From Eledone cirrhosa (lineage: Eukaryota), in assembly GCA_964016885.1 (NCBI GenBank), contig CAXHJY010000322.1:124001-188000 (forward strand): DNA of 64,000 bases, in the 5' to 3' direction. Within the stretch, counting starts at the first letter, position 1; every line of letters begins with the position of its first letter. Positions 37,291 through 53,245 of this stretch are shown one piece after another. The translations under genes and the position numbers were made by a program. Under the pieces are notes generated by a model. That model searched no databases. It saw only the letters and a program-made list of their open reading frames with translations, and had not been told where the DNA came from.

Positions 37291-37502
37291 TGTTTCTAAT
37301 TTAGACACAAGGCCAGCAATCTGTGGGGAATGGACAGTCGCTTAAATCGTCCCCAGTACTTGACAGTAGTTTATTTTATCGACCTAGAAAAGGAAAAATG
37401 TAAAGTTTATCTTGGTGGAAGTTGAACTCAGAAGATAAAGAGTCATAAGTGAAGACTGCCAAGTATTTTGTCCGGCGTTCTAACGTCCCTGCCAACACAC
37501 CC
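37291..37502 (-). mobile_element. Diverged tRNA-derived SINE
   Basis: Reverse complement has tggcagggacgttaga (A-box-like), ctgagttcaact (B-box-like), gtcgataaaataaa and ttgctggccttgtgtc. Confidence 0.7.
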
Positions 37503-38727
37503 CCAGAACACTCCACCACTCACATCTATATATCCTTTAAATAACGAAATAACGTTTACATTTCAACTCCAATATCATCCGTTATATTCTCTCCATCTCT
37601 ATATTTTTGTTTTCTCTATCTCGATATATATTTTCTCTACCTCCCTCTATATATATTTCTCCTTAATTTGCAATAGTGTTGCTGTTTCTTCCGGATCCGG
37701 AAGTAGAAACCCCACCACCACCTACCACCGAACAAACGAAATATCCTTAATAGTCTCATTACATTTCCAATCGCTACTTGATTATGAAATTTTCTACTCA
37801 AATTGTAGCCAATATCGATCCTATCTGCTATGTATAGCCAAACATATACCTAAGCAATGGCATTGCTATTCAACGAACTATATAGCCTGCGGCCATTTTT
37901 GCGAACAGAACAGTGTTTCAATATATATAGCAAAGCAAATAGTAATAAATAAATGAATAAATAAATGAATAAATGGCTACTGTCCGGTCTATACAATATG
38001 AACATTTTGCCTATACCTTCTGGAGTTAATTACATTCCTTCTTGCTTACGAATTTCACTTATGAAGCAATAAATGGCGCATTTCATTGCTCCATTTTTAT
38101 TTTTTATTTTATTGGGATTTTTCTTGTTTTGTTGTTTTGTTTGTTGTTATATTTTTTTTTCATATTCATTTTCGTTATTTAACAAATAACTATATAGCTT
38201 ATAGTAGATGTCGTCTGCTTCTTTGAATAGGAACTTTTAAGAGTGAAGCAACATGGCAGCTATAAATTTACCATTTCCATCATGTTAATACAGTAATAAC
38301 ATATACACTAATGTGTTATTTCTACTTGAAGCTATTTAGCTGGCTTGTAATTACGTAAGTATATATATATATTCTGACTGTCATTTATATTAATACATTT
38401 CACAGCACAATCACCATATATTATATATATATATATATATAGACCTGTGCGAAATTCCTTCCTTGCTCACATTTCAACCAGGTTTGATGGTCTTTATTAT
38501 CTCGTTCACGATTTCACCAAATTTATATTCATAGAAATCTGGGACTTGTCTCTTTCTTCATCACTTTCTGTTGCTTAAACCATTTTGTTTGTTTACCCTA
38601 GCGTCCCCTTTATTTACGTGTCCCAACGACTTTTTTTAGCCGTTGCTCGCACCAACCTGAGGTATATGGTCTTTAAAGCGATGAAATGCCTATGACGGTT
38701 GGAAGGCCACTGATGAAGGACAAACTT

Positions 38728-38787
<60 letters not shown>

Positions 38788-38847
38788 GTGAGGTTTTTTT
38801 TACAAAATGAAAAATAACCGAGGTGTCCTACACGAGTGAAAGTATAA

Positions 38848-39125
<278 letters not shown>

Positions 39126-39172
39126 CACATATATATACATACATATATATGCATACGTGCATACATATATAC

Positions 39173-39771
39173 ATGATGGCTGCCAACTCGTTTTCGAGTA
39201 CGGCCACTACTTTATCTCCATGTAGGAGAACCCCTACCGATGCGCTGAACGAGTGTGACTTTTTAGTCCAGCCAGCGACTTGAAAACTCTGGTACAAACA
39301 CTACACTTGTGACAATTATTGACACATAGTGCTGGGCCCATGGTACCATGTGACAACAAGTGCAGAGAGATCTCCAGATATAAAGCAATGCTGTGCCGTG
39401 AAGCTTTTATAGTGAGCAAAGGCACTGCACAAAGCCAGTCCCACTCTCTTAACCAAGATGATATTTACCAAAAAGAAGAACAAGTCAACATCATTGGATA
39501 CCATCAGGGTTGCAGGTGTTATATCAGAGTTTTCCTTCTCCTAGAATTCTGCCTTGACAAAGGCTAAGGGGTCATCTCTTCTGGTGATTTTGGATGGCCA
39601 TTGACTCTTAAGAGCTCCTTTGCCCTTTTACAGGTTTTGTTTTTAGTCCTGCAGAATGTCCAAAGTCACCCTCCTCACCAAGAAACCTTGGTGGGGTTGC
39701 TAACAACACGACCATGGGACAGGTTGTACTGGGATACATGTGAACAGTAGCACCAACTGGTGACCTGACAT
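39173..39771 (-). mobile_element. Non-autonomous RTE-derived element, copy 2
   Basis: Highly similar to 22332-22942 with small deletions; [25 protein letters not shown] on the minus strand. Confidence 0.75.
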
Positions 39772-39790
39772 ATATACATACATACATACA

Positions 39791-40036
39791 TTGGAAGATC
39801 CAATTCAATGTTCAAACAAGATAAAAAAAATGGACCAATTTACAGAGAAATTTGTGCATGGATACTTGAGACGAAAAGCACAGACCACAGAAGGGATAAA
39901 CCATTCAAAAAGCCTAGCATGGAGTTCCGACAAGTTTATGACATCCCATCTTGAAGGATATCTCTATGCAATATAGGAACAAGAAATCCCTACCAAATAT
40001 CTGCTACACAAAAGAGTAGGGCCATCAGTCGACAAT
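39791..40036 (+). mobile_element. Internal fragment of the R4/Dong-like family
   Basis: Matches 21358-21600 (HGYLRRK..WSSDKFMTSHLEGYLYAI); starts right after (TACA)n. Confidence 0.85.
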
Positions 40037-40327
40037 ATATACACCATATATATATATACACCATATATATATACACCATATATATATACATCATATATAT
40101 ATACAACATACATATATACACCATATATATATATTCAGCCTATATATATTCACCCTATATATACACCATATATATATACACCATATATATATACATCATA
40201 CATATATACACCCTATATATAAACACCCTACATATATACACCCTACACATATATACCATACATATATACACCTTACATATATACACCCTACATATATACA
40301 CCCTACATATATATACACTATATATTT
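40036..40327. repeat. (TA)nCACC(C) low-complexity satellite, left part
   Basis: Direct reading. Confidence 0.9.
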
Positions 40328-40440
40328 GGTTGTCCATCGTAAAGGATGATGACATCTTTATTGTTGTTCCCGTCTGCCATGGGCACGAAGGTGGCTGTGG
40401 AGGTCCTGCGACAGTGGGGGCAGGGGAAGAGACCGGAGTC
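40328..40440 (-). mobile_element. 3' end of a second RTE-like family (C2H2 finger + short 3' UTR)
   Basis: Minus strand reads FPCPHCRRT then, shifted, LHSHLRAHGRREQQ*; 3' UTR gtcatcatcctttacgatggacaacc is analogous to gtggccgtactcgaaaacgagttggcagcc of the other RTE derivative. Confidence 0.65.
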
Positions 40441-43400
40441 AGGTCCGGCGACAGTGGGGGCAGGGGAAGAGACCGGAGTCAGGTCCGGGGACAGTGGGGG
40501 CAGGGGAAGAGACCGGAGTCAGGTCCGGCGACAGTGGAGGCAGGGGAAGAGACCGGAGTCAGGTCCGGGGACAGTGGGGGCAGGGGAAGAGACCGGAGTC
40601 AGGTCCGGGGACAGTGGGGGCAGGGGAAGAGACCGGAGTCAGGTCCGGGGACAGTGGGGGCAGGGGAAGAGACCGGAGTCAGGTCCGGGGACAGTGGGGG
40701 CAGGGGAAGAGACCGGAGTCAGGTCCGGCGACAGTGGAGGCAGGGGAAGAGACCGGAGTCAGGTCCGGGGACAGTGGGGGCAGGGGAAGAGACCGGAGTC
40801 AGGTCCGGGGACAGTGAGGGCAGGGGAAGAGACCGGAGTCAGGTCCGGGGTCAGTGGGGGCAGGGGAAGAGACCGGAGTCAGGTCCGGCGACAGTGGAGG
40901 CAGGGGAAGAGACCGGAGTCAGGTCCGGGGACAGTGGGGGCAGGGGAAGAGACCGGAGTCAGGTCCGGGGACAGTGAGGGCAGGGGAAGAGACCGGAGTC
41001 AGGTCCGGGGACAGTGGGGGCAGGGGAAGAGACCGGAGTCAGGTCCGGCGACAGTGGAGGCAGGGGAAGAGACCGGAGTCAGGTCCGGGGACAGTGGGGG
41101 CAGGGGAAGAGACCGGAGTCAGGTCCGGCGACAGTGGAGGCAGGGGAAGAGACCGGAGTCAGGTCCGGGGACAGTGGGGGCAGGGGAAGAGACCGGAGTC
41201 AGGTCCGGGGACAGTGAGGGCAGGGGAAGAGACCGGAGTCAGGTCCGGGGACAGTGGGGGCAGGGGAAGAGACCGGATTAAGGTCCGGGGACAGTGGGGG
41301 CAGGGGAAGAGACCGGAGTCAGATCCGGGGACAGTGGGGGCAGGGGAAGAGAGCGGAGTCAGGTCCGGGGACAGTGGGGGCAGGGGAAGAGACCGGATTA
41401 AGGTCCGGGGACAGTGGGGGCAGGGGAAGAGACCGGAGTCAGATCCGGGGACAGTGGGGGCAGGGGAAGAGAGCGGAGTCAGGTCCGGGGACAGTGGGGG
41501 CGGGGGAAGAGAGCGGAGTCAGGTCCGGGGTCAGTGGGGGTAGGGGAAGAGACCAGAGTCAGGTCCGGGGACAGTGGGGGCAGAGGAAGTGACCGGAGTC
41601 AGGTCCGGGGACAGTGAGGGCAGGGGAAGAGACCGGAGTCGGGTCGGGGGACAGTGGGGGAAGAGGAAGAGACCGGAGTCAGGTCCGGGGACAGTGGGGG
41701 CAGAGGAAGAGACCGGAGTCAGATCCGGTCCGGAGACAGTGGGGGCAGAGGAAGAGACCGGAGTCAGGTCCGGGGACAGTGAGGGCAGGGGAAGAGACCG
41801 GAGTCAGGTCCGGGGACAGTGGGGGCAGGGGAAGAGACCGGAGTCAGGTCCGGGGACAGTGGGGGCAGAGGAAGAGACCGGAGTCAGGTCCGGGGACAGT
41901 GAGGGCAGGGGAGGAGACCGGAGTCAGGTCCGGGGACAGTGGGGGCAGAGGAAGTGACCGGAGTCAGGTCCGGGGACAGTGGGGGCAGGGGAAGAGACCG
42001 GAGTCAGGTCCGGGGACAGTGGGGGCAGAGGAAGAGACCGGAGTCAGGTCCGGGGACAGTGAGGGCAGGGGAAGAGACCGGAGTCAGGTCCGGGGACAGT
42101 GGGGGCAGAGGAAGAGACCGGAGTCAGGTCCGGGGACAGTGGGGGCAGAGGAAGAGACCGGAGTCAGGTCCGGGGACAGTGGGGGCAGGGGAATAGACCG
42201 GAGTCAGGTCCGGGGACAGTGAGGGCAGGGGAAGAGACCGGAGTCGGGTCGGGGGACAGTGAGGGCAGGGGAAGAGACCGGAGTCAGGTCCGGGGACAGT
42301 GAGGGCAGGGGAAGAGACCGGAGTCAGGTCCGGGGACAGTGGGGGCAGAGGAAGAGGCCGGAGTCAGGTCCGGGGACAGTGGGGGCAGGGGAAGAGACCG
42401 GAGTCAGGTCCGGGGACAGTGGGGGCAGAGGAAGAGACCGGAGTCAGGTCCGGGGACAGTGGGGGCAGAGGAAGAGACCGGAGTCAGGTCCGGGGACAGT
42501 GGGGGCAGGGGAAGAGACCGGAGTCAGGTCCGGGGACAGTGAGGGCAGGGGAAGAGACCGGAGTCGGGTCGGGGGACAGTGAGGGCAGGGGAAGAGACCG
42601 GAGTCAGGTCCGGGGACAGTGAGGGCAGGGGAAGAGACCGGAGTCAGGTCCGGGGACAGTGGGGGCAGAGGAAGAGACCGGAGTCAGGTCCGGGGACAGT
42701 GGGGGCAGGGGAAGAGACCGGAGTCGGGTCGGGGGACAGTGAGGGCAGGGGAAGAGACCGGAGTCAGGTCCGGGGACAGTGAGGGCAGGGGAAGAGACCG
42801 GAGTCGGGTCGGGGGACAGTGAGGGCAGGGGAAGAGACCGGAGTCAGGTCCGGGGACAGTGGGGGCAGGGGAATAGACCGGAGTCAGGTCCGGGGACAGT
42901 GAGGGCAGGGGAAGAGACCGGAGTCGGGTCGGGGGACAGTGAGGGCAGGGGAAGAGACCGGAGTCAGGTCCGGGGACAGTGAGGGCAGGGGAAGAGACCG
43001 GAGTCAGGTCCGGGGACAGTGGGGGCAGAGGAAGAGACCGGAGTCAGGTCCGGGGACAGTGGGGGCAGGGGAAGAGACCGGAGTCAGGTCCGGGGACAGT
43101 GGGGGCAGAGGAAGAGACCGGAGTCAGGTCCGGGGACAGTGGGGGCAGAGGAAGAGACCGGAGTCAGGTCCGGGGACAGTGGGGGCAGGGGAATAGACCG
43201 GAGTCAGGTCCGGGGACAGTGAGGGCAGGGGAAGAGACCGGAGTCGGGTCGGGGGACAGTGAGGGCAGGGGAAGAGACCGGAGTCAGGTCCGGGGACAGT
43301 GAGGGCAGGGGAAGAGACCGGAGTCAGGTCCGGGGACGGTGGGGGCAGAGGAAGAGACCGGAGTCAGGTCCGGGGATAGTGGGGGCAGGGGAAGAGACCG

Positions 43401-44940
43401 GAGTCAGGTCCGGGGACAGTGGGGGCAGAGGAAGAGACCGGAGTCAGGTCCGGGGACAGTGAGGGCAGGGGAAGAGACCGGAGTCAGGTCCGGGGACAGT
43501 GGGGGCAGAGGAAGAGACCGGAGTCAGGTCCGGGGACAGTGGGGGCAGAGGAAGAGACCGGAGTCAGGTCCGGGGACAGTGGGGGCAGGGGAATAGACCG
43601 GAGTCAGGTCCGGGGACAGTGAGGGCAGGGGAAGAGACCGGAGTCGGGTCGGGGGACAGTGAGGGCAGGGGAAGAGACCGGAGTCAGGTCCGGGGACAGT
43701 GAGGGCAGGGGAAGAGACCGGAGTCAGGTCCGGGGACAGTGAGGGCAGGGGAAGAGACCGGAGTCAGGTCCGGGGACAGTGGGGGCAGAGGAAGAGACCG
43801 GAGTCAGGTCCGGGGACAGTGGGGGCAGAGGAAGAGACCGGAGTCAGGTCCGGGGACAGTGGGGGCAGAGGAAGAGACCGGAGTCAGGTCCGGGGACAGT
43901 GGGGGCAGGGGAATAGACCGGAGTCAGGTCCGGGGACAGTGAGGGCAGGGGAAGAGACCGGAGTCGGGTCGGGGGACAGTGAGGGCAGGGGAAGAGACCG
44001 GAGTCAGGTCCGGGGAGAGTGGGGGCAGGGGAAGAGACCGGAGTCAGGTCCGGGGACAGTGGGGGCAGGGGAAGAGACCGGAGTCAGGTCCGGGGACAGT
44101 GGGGGCAGGGGAATAGACCGGAGTCAGGTCCGGGGACAGTGAGGGCAGGGGAAGAGACCGGAGTCGGGTCGGGGGACAGTGAGGGCAGGGGAAGAGACCG
44201 GAGTCAGGTCCGGGGAGAGTGGGGGCAGGGGAAGAGACCGGAGTCAGGTCCGGGGACAGTGGAGGCAGGGGAAGAGACCGGAGTCAGGTCCGGGGACAGT
44301 GGGGGCAGGGGAAGAGACCGGAGTCGGGTCGGGGGACAGTGAGGGCAGGGGAAGAGACCGGAGTCAGGTCCGGGGACAGTGGGGGCAGGGGAAGAGACCG
44401 GAGTCGGGTCGGGGGACAGTGAGGGCAGGGGAAGAGACCGGAGTCAGGTCCGGGGACAGTGGGGGCAGGGGAAGAGACCGGAGTCGGGTCGGGGGACAGT
44501 GAGGGCAGGGGAAGAGACCGGAGTCAGGTCCGGGGACAGTGAGGGCAGGGGAAGAGACCGGAGTCAGGTCCGGGGACAGTGGGGGCAGGGGAAGAGACCG
44601 GAGTCAGGTCCGGGGACAGTGGGGGCAGGGGAAGAGACCGGAGTCGGGTCGGGGGACAGTGAGGGCAGGGGAAGAGACCGGAGTCAGGTCCGGGGACAGT
44701 GGGGGCAGGGGAAGAGACCGGAGTCAGGTCCGGGGACAGTGGGGGCAGGGGAAGAGACCGGAGTCAGGTCCGGGGACAGTGGGGGCAGGGGAAGAGACCG
44801 GAGTCAGGTCCGGGGACAGTGAGGGCAGGGGAAGAGACCGGAGTCAGGTCCGGGGACAGTGGGGGCAGGGGAAGAGACCGGAGTCAGGTCCGGGGACAGT
44901 GGGGGAAGGGGAAGAGAGCGGAGTCAGGTCCGGAGACAGT
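40410..44940. repeat. 40-bp G-rich tandem satellite, ~113 units (gacagtgggggcaggggaagagaccggagtcaggtccggg)
   Basis: Exact 40-bp period with point variants; one 6-bp register shift near 41725. Confidence 0.97.
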
Positions 44941-45319
44941 ATACACCCTATATATATATACACACACTATATATATATATATTCACCCTATATATATATA
45001 TATATATACACCCTCTCTCTCTATATATATATACACCGTATATATATATATATATACACACGCTATATATATATATATACATACCCTATATATATATATA
45101 TACACACCCTATATATATATATATATACACCCTATATATATATATACACACCCTATATGTATATATATATATACCCTCTATATATATACACCCTATATAT
45201 ATATACACCCTATAAATATATATATAGACACTATATATATATATATATATATATACACCCTATATATATATATATAGATACACGCTATATATATATACCC
45301 TATATATATATATATACAC

Positions 45320-45368
<49 letters not shown>

Positions 45369-45657
45369 CCTATATATATACACACCCTATATATAAATAT
45401 ATACACACCCTATAGATATATATACACACACTATATATATATATATATACACCCTATATATATGTAACCCTATAAATATATATATACACCCTATATATAT
45501 ATATACACACCCTATATATATATATATACACACTATATATATATATATATACACCCTATATATATATATATACACCCTATATATATATATACACCCTATA
45601 TATATATATATATACACACCCTACATATATATATATACACCCTATATATATATATGC

Positions 45658-45696
<39 letters not shown>

Positions 45697-45889
45697 CCTA
45701 TATATATATATATACCCCCTATATACATATATATACAGCCTATATATATATACACCCTATATATATATATACACCCTATATATATATATACACACACCCT
45801 ATATATATATATATATACACACCCTATATATATATATATATACACACCCTATATATATATAAACACCCTATATATATATATATATAAAA

Positions 45890-45928
<39 letters not shown>

Positions 45929-46101
45929 CCTATATATATATATATAAACCCTATATATATATATACACACCGTATATAGATATATATATACACCCTACAT
46001 ATATATACACACACCCTATATTGATACACCCTATATATAAATATATATACACACCCTATATATATATATATATATATACACACCCTATATATATATACAC
46101 C

Positions 46102-46133
<32 letters not shown>

Positions 46134-46578
46134 CCTATATTTATATATACACACCCTATATATATATATATATATATACACCCTACATATATATATGTAT
46201 ACAGACCCTATATATATATATATACACCCTATATATATATATATATATACACCCTATATATATATATATATATACACCCTATATATATATACACACACAC
46301 CCTATATATATATATACCCTATATATATATACACACACCCTATATATATATGCACCCTATATATATATACCCACCCTATATATATATATATACACCCGAT
46401 ATATATATACACACACACTATATACATATATACACCCTATACATATATATATATACACCCTATATATATATATATATATATACACCCTATATATATATAT
46501 ATACACCCTATATATATATATATATATACACTATATATATACATATATATATCCACACCCTATATATATATATCCACA

Positions 46579-46620
<42 letters not shown>

Positions 46621-47466
46621 CCTATATATATATATATACACACCCTATATATATATATACACCCTATAAATATTATATATACCCTATATATATATATATG
46701 TATACACCCTATATATATACACCCTATATATATAAACCCTATATATATATCCACTTTATATATATATATATACACACTATATATATATACACACCCTATA
46801 TATATATATATATATACACCTATATATATATATACACCTATATATATATATATATATATATACACCCTATATATATATATATACAAACCTTATATATATA
46901 TACACCCTATATATATATATACACCCTATATATATATATATACATCCTCTATATATATATATACACACCCTATATATATATATTTGCACCCTATATATAT
47001 ATATACACCCTATATATATATATATACACCCTATATATATATATACACCCTATATATATATATACACCCTATATATATATACACACCCAATACATATATA
47101 TATACTCCCTATATATATATATACACACCCTATATATATATATACACCCTATATATATATATACACCCTATATATATACACACACCCTATATATATATAT
47201 ATACACACCCTATATATATATATATACATACCCTATATATATATACACACCCTATATATATATATATACACCCTATATATAAAATATATATACACCCTAT
47301 ATATATATATATATACACACCCTATATATATATATAAAATACACCCTATAGACATATATATACACCCTATATATATATATATACACCCTTTATATATATA
47401 TATGCACCCTATATATATATATACACCCTATATATATATATACACCCTATAAATATATATATGTAC

Positions 47467-47503
<37 letters not shown>

Positions 47504-48568
47504 TATATATATATATATATACACCCTATAAATATATATATATACACCCTATATATATATATACCCTATATATATATATATACACACCCTATATATATAT
47601 ATACACACTATAAATATTATATATACCCTATATATATATATATATGTATACACCCTATATATATACACCCTATATATATAAACCCTATATATATATACAC
47701 CCTATAAATATATATATATACACCCTATATATATATATACACACCCTATATATATATATATACACACTATATATATATACACACCCTATATATATATATA
47801 TATATATACACACCTATATATATATATACACCTATATATATATATATATACACCCTATATATATATATATATACCCCCTAAATATATATATATATATATA
47901 TACCCTATATATATATATATATACACACTTATATATATATATATACACCCTATATATATATACACACCCTATATATATATATATATACATCCTCTCTATA
48001 TATATATGCACACCCTATATATATATATTTGCACCCTATATATATATATATACACCCTATATATATATATACACCCTTTATATATATATACACCCTATAT
48101 ATATATATATACACACCCTATATATATATATATATATATACTCTACACACCCTATATATATATATATATATATACACCCTATATATATATATATATATAT
48201 ACACATCCTATATATATATAAAATACACCCTATAGACATATATATATATCCTATATATATATATACACCCTATATATATATACACCCTATATATATATAT
48301 ATACACCCTTTATATATATATATGCACCCTATATATATATATACACCCTATAAATATATATATATACACCCTATATATATATATATATATATACACACTA
48401 TATATATATACACCCTATAAATATATATATATACACCCTATATATATATATATACACACCCTATATATATACACCCTATATACATATATACACCCTATAA
48501 ATATATATATATACACCCTATAAATATATATATATACACCCTATATATATATATATATATATATACAC

Positions 48569-48613
<45 letters not shown>

Positions 48614-49240
48614 CCTATATATATACAACCTATATATATATATATATATATACACACCCTATATATATACACTCTCTCTCTCTATATATATATATATACA
48701 CACTATATATATATATATACACCCTATATATATATATATACACCCTATATATATATACACACCCTATATATATATATATATACACCTTATATATATATAT
48801 ATATACAACCTATATATTTTTATATATACACCCTATATATATATATACACCCTATATATATATAAATATACACACACTATATATATATATACACCCTATA
48901 TATATACACCCTATATATATACACACCCTATATATATATATACACCTATATATATATACACACACTATATATATATATATATATACACCCCATATATATA
49001 TATATACACACCCTATATGTTTATATATACACACCCTATAAATATATATATATACACCCTATATATATATACACACCCTATATATAAATATATACACACC
49101 CTATATATATATATATACACACTATATATATATATATACACCGTATATATATGTACACCCTATAAATATATATATACATCCTATATATATACATATATAT
49201 ACACCCTATATATATATATATACACCCTATATATATATAT

Positions 49241-49852
49241 ATGGTGGCTGCCAACTCGTTTTCGAGTACGGCCACTACTTTATATCCATGTAGGAGAACC
49301 CCTACCGATGCGCTGAACGAGTGTGACTTTTTAGTCCAGCCAGCAACTTGAAAGCTCTGGTACAAACACTACACTTGTGACAATTATTGACACATAGTGC
49401 TGGGCCCATGGTACCATGTGACGACAAGTGCAGAGAGATCTCCAGATATAAAGCAATGCCTGTGCTGTGAAGCTTTTATAGTGAGCAAAAGCACTGCACA
49501 AAGCCAGTCCCACTCTCTTAACCAAGATGATATTTACCAAAAAGAAGACCAAGTCAACATCATTGGAAACCATCAGGGTTGCAGGTGTTATATCAGAGTT
49601 TTCCTTCTCCTAGAATTCTGCCTTGACAAAGGCTAAGGGGTCATCTCTCCCGGTGATTTTGGATGGCCATTGACTCTTAAGAGCTCCTTTGCCCTTTGAC
49701 AGGTTTTGTTTTTAGTCCTGCAGGTTGTCCAAAGTCACCCTCCACACCAAGAAACCTTGGTGGGGTTGCCAGTTTAGTCGCCAACGACCCGACCATGGGA
49801 CAGGTTGTACTGGGATACATGTTACCAATAGCACCAACTGGTGACCTGACAT
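49241..49852 (-). mobile_element. Non-autonomous RTE-derived element, copy 3
   Basis: Highly similar to copies 1 and 2; embedded in the TA satellite. Confidence 0.75.
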
Positions 49853-50023
49853 AATATATATATATATATATATATATATACACCCTATATATATATATAT
49901 ATACACACCCTATATATATATACATACACCCTATATATATATATATATAACACTATATATATATACACCCTATATATATATACACACCCTATATATATAT
50001 ATACACCCTATATACATATATAC

Positions 50024-50061
<38 letters not shown>

Positions 50062-50352
50062 ACCTATATATATATATACACCCTATATATATACATACAC
50101 ACCATATATATATATACACACCCTATATATATATATATATACACACCCTATATATATATATATATATATACACCCTATATATATATATACACACCCTATA
50201 TATATATATATATATACATCCTATATATATATATACACCCTATATATATATATATACACTCCATATATATATATACACCCTATATATATATACACTATAT
50301 ATACATATATACACACTATAAATATATATATATACACCCTATATATATATAT

Positions 50353-51242
50353 TCACACTTTCACTCACTCACTGTTTTTCTCCCTCTTCTCTTCATTTCA
50401 TCCTGCACTCACGGACGCTATTTTTTCTCTCTCTGCTCAATGGCCTTCGTTCGTGCTGGACTATTCTTTCCCTAGCGCTCATATATTCACCTAGCTTACG
50501 CTAACAGAATATTTTTTGAAGCTTGTTTCTCTCCCACGGTATGCTATCTTTTCTGTTGTTCTCCTGTCTCAGTAGCTTTACGCGTTTTAATTGTCCTAAT
50601 AACTTATTTTGGTTATTATTGCACCGAAGTGAGATATATGATTTTTAATGCAATGAAATATCTATGATCTTCGGCAAATCACTGATGAGGGACGTATTTT
50701 ATTACATGTTACCATGTGCTACCTGCAGTATTTTTCTCTATATTTTAATACATATATTTACCACTGCGATTCTGTGTTTTTTTCTCTCTCTCTTACTGTT
50801 CCCCCATTCTCTCTGTTTCTCCCCCTCTGTCTTGTCCGTTAACTCTTCCTCACACTTTCACTCACTCACTGTTTTTCTCCCTCTTCTCTTCATTTCATCC
50901 TGCACTGACGGACGCTATTTTTTCTCTCTCTGCTCAATGGCCTTCGTTCGTGCTGGACTGTTCTTTCCCTAGCGCTCATATATTCACCTAGCTTACGCTA
51001 ACAGAATAATTTTTGAAGCTTGTTTCTCTCCCACGATATGCTATCTTTTCTGTTGTTCTCCTGTCTCACTCGCTTTACGCGTTTTAATTGTCCTAATAAC
51101 TTATTTTGGTTATTATTGCACCGAAGTGAGATATATGATTTTTAATGCAATGAAATATCTATGATCTTCGGCAAATCACTGATCAGGGACGTATTTTATT
51201 ACATGTTACCATGTGCTACCTGCAGTATTTTTCTCTATATTT

Positions 51243-51245
<3 letters not shown>
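50353..51245. repeat. Head-to-tail 497-bp unit (~1.8 copies), possibly a PLE pseudo-LTR-like element
   Basis: cacactttcactcactcactg at 50354 and 50851; pyrimidine-rich; contains CTGATGAG; (TA)n on both sides. Confidence 0.85.
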
Positions 51246-51279
<34 letters not shown>

Positions 51280-51362
51280 CCTATATATATATATATATAC
51301 CCTATAAATATATATATATACACCCTATATATATATATATACGCCCTATTATATATATATAC

Positions 51363-51399
<37 letters not shown>

Positions 51400-51956
51400 C
51401 CTATATATATATACACCCTATATATATATACAGACCCTATATATATATATACACCCTATATATATATACACACCCCATATATATATACACCCTATATATA
51501 TAGATACACCCTATATATATATATATATACACCCTATATATATATATCCACATCCTATATATATAAATATACATATAGATATATACACCCTATATATATA
51601 TACACACCCTATATATATATATATATACACCCTATATTTATATATATATACACCTATATATATATATATATACACCTATATATATATATATACACACCCT
51701 ATATATATATACACACCCTATATATATATACACCCTATAAATATTATATATACCCTATATATATATATATATATATGTATACACCCTATATATATATATA
51801 TACACCCTATATATATATATATACACCTATATATAGATATATATACACACTTATATATATATATATATATATATATACACCCTATATATATATATACACC
51901 CTAAATATATATATATACCCTATATATATATATATACACACCCTATATATATATAC

Positions 51957-51996
<40 letters not shown>

Positions 51997-52173
51997 CTCT
52001 ATATATATATATACACGCCCTATATATATATATATATACACCCTATATATATATATTAACACACCCTATATATATATATACTCCCTATATATATATATAT
52101 ATATATATACACACCGTATATATATGTTTACACCCTATATATATATATACACACCCTATATATATATATACAC

Positions 52174-52275
<102 letters not shown>

Positions 52276-53206
52276 CTATATATATATATACACACACCCT
52301 ATATATATATATACATCCTATAGACATATATATAAACCCTATATGTATATATATATACACCCTATATATATATACACACCCTATATATATATATATATAT
52401 ATATACGCTATATATATATATATATATATATATACACCCTATATATATATGCACCCTATATATATATATATACACCCTATATATATATATATACACCCTA
52501 TATATATATATACACACCCTATATATATATATATATATATACACCCTATATATATATATACACCTATATATATATACACACCCTATATATATATACACAC
52601 CCTATATATATATATATACACCCTATACATATTATATACACCCCACATATATATATATATATATATACACGCTATATATATATATATATATACACCCTAT
52701 ATATATATACACACCCTATATATTTATTCACACCATATATATATATATATATACACCCTATATATATATATATACACACCCTATATATATATACATACAC
52801 CCTATAATATATATATATATATACACACCCTATATATATATATATACAGACGCTATATATATATACACACCCTATATATATACACACCCTATATATATAC
52901 ACCCTATATATATATATATATACACCCTATATATATATATATACACCCAATATATATATATATATATACACCCTATATATATATATATACACCCTATATA
53001 TATATATATACACCCTATATATATATATACACACCCTATATGTATATATATACACACCATATATATATATATATACACACCCTATATATATATATACACA
53101 CCCTATATATATATATACACCCTATATATATATATACACCCAATATATATATACACACCCTATATATATATATATACACACACTATATATATATATATAT
53201 ATACAA

Positions 53207-53245
<39 letters not shown>

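Noticed and set aside
37468-37956. 162-aa ORF as a host exon
   Set aside because: Starts inside a SINE, is low-complexity, and has no recognisable domain.
40410-40450. RAG/Transib RSS heptamer (gacagtg)
   Set aside because: Mismatch at the critical first base and no nonamer.
40330-45396. Many Gly/Arg/Glu-rich plus-strand ORFs
   Set aside because: These are translations of a 40-bp unit cycling through all three frames, not genes.
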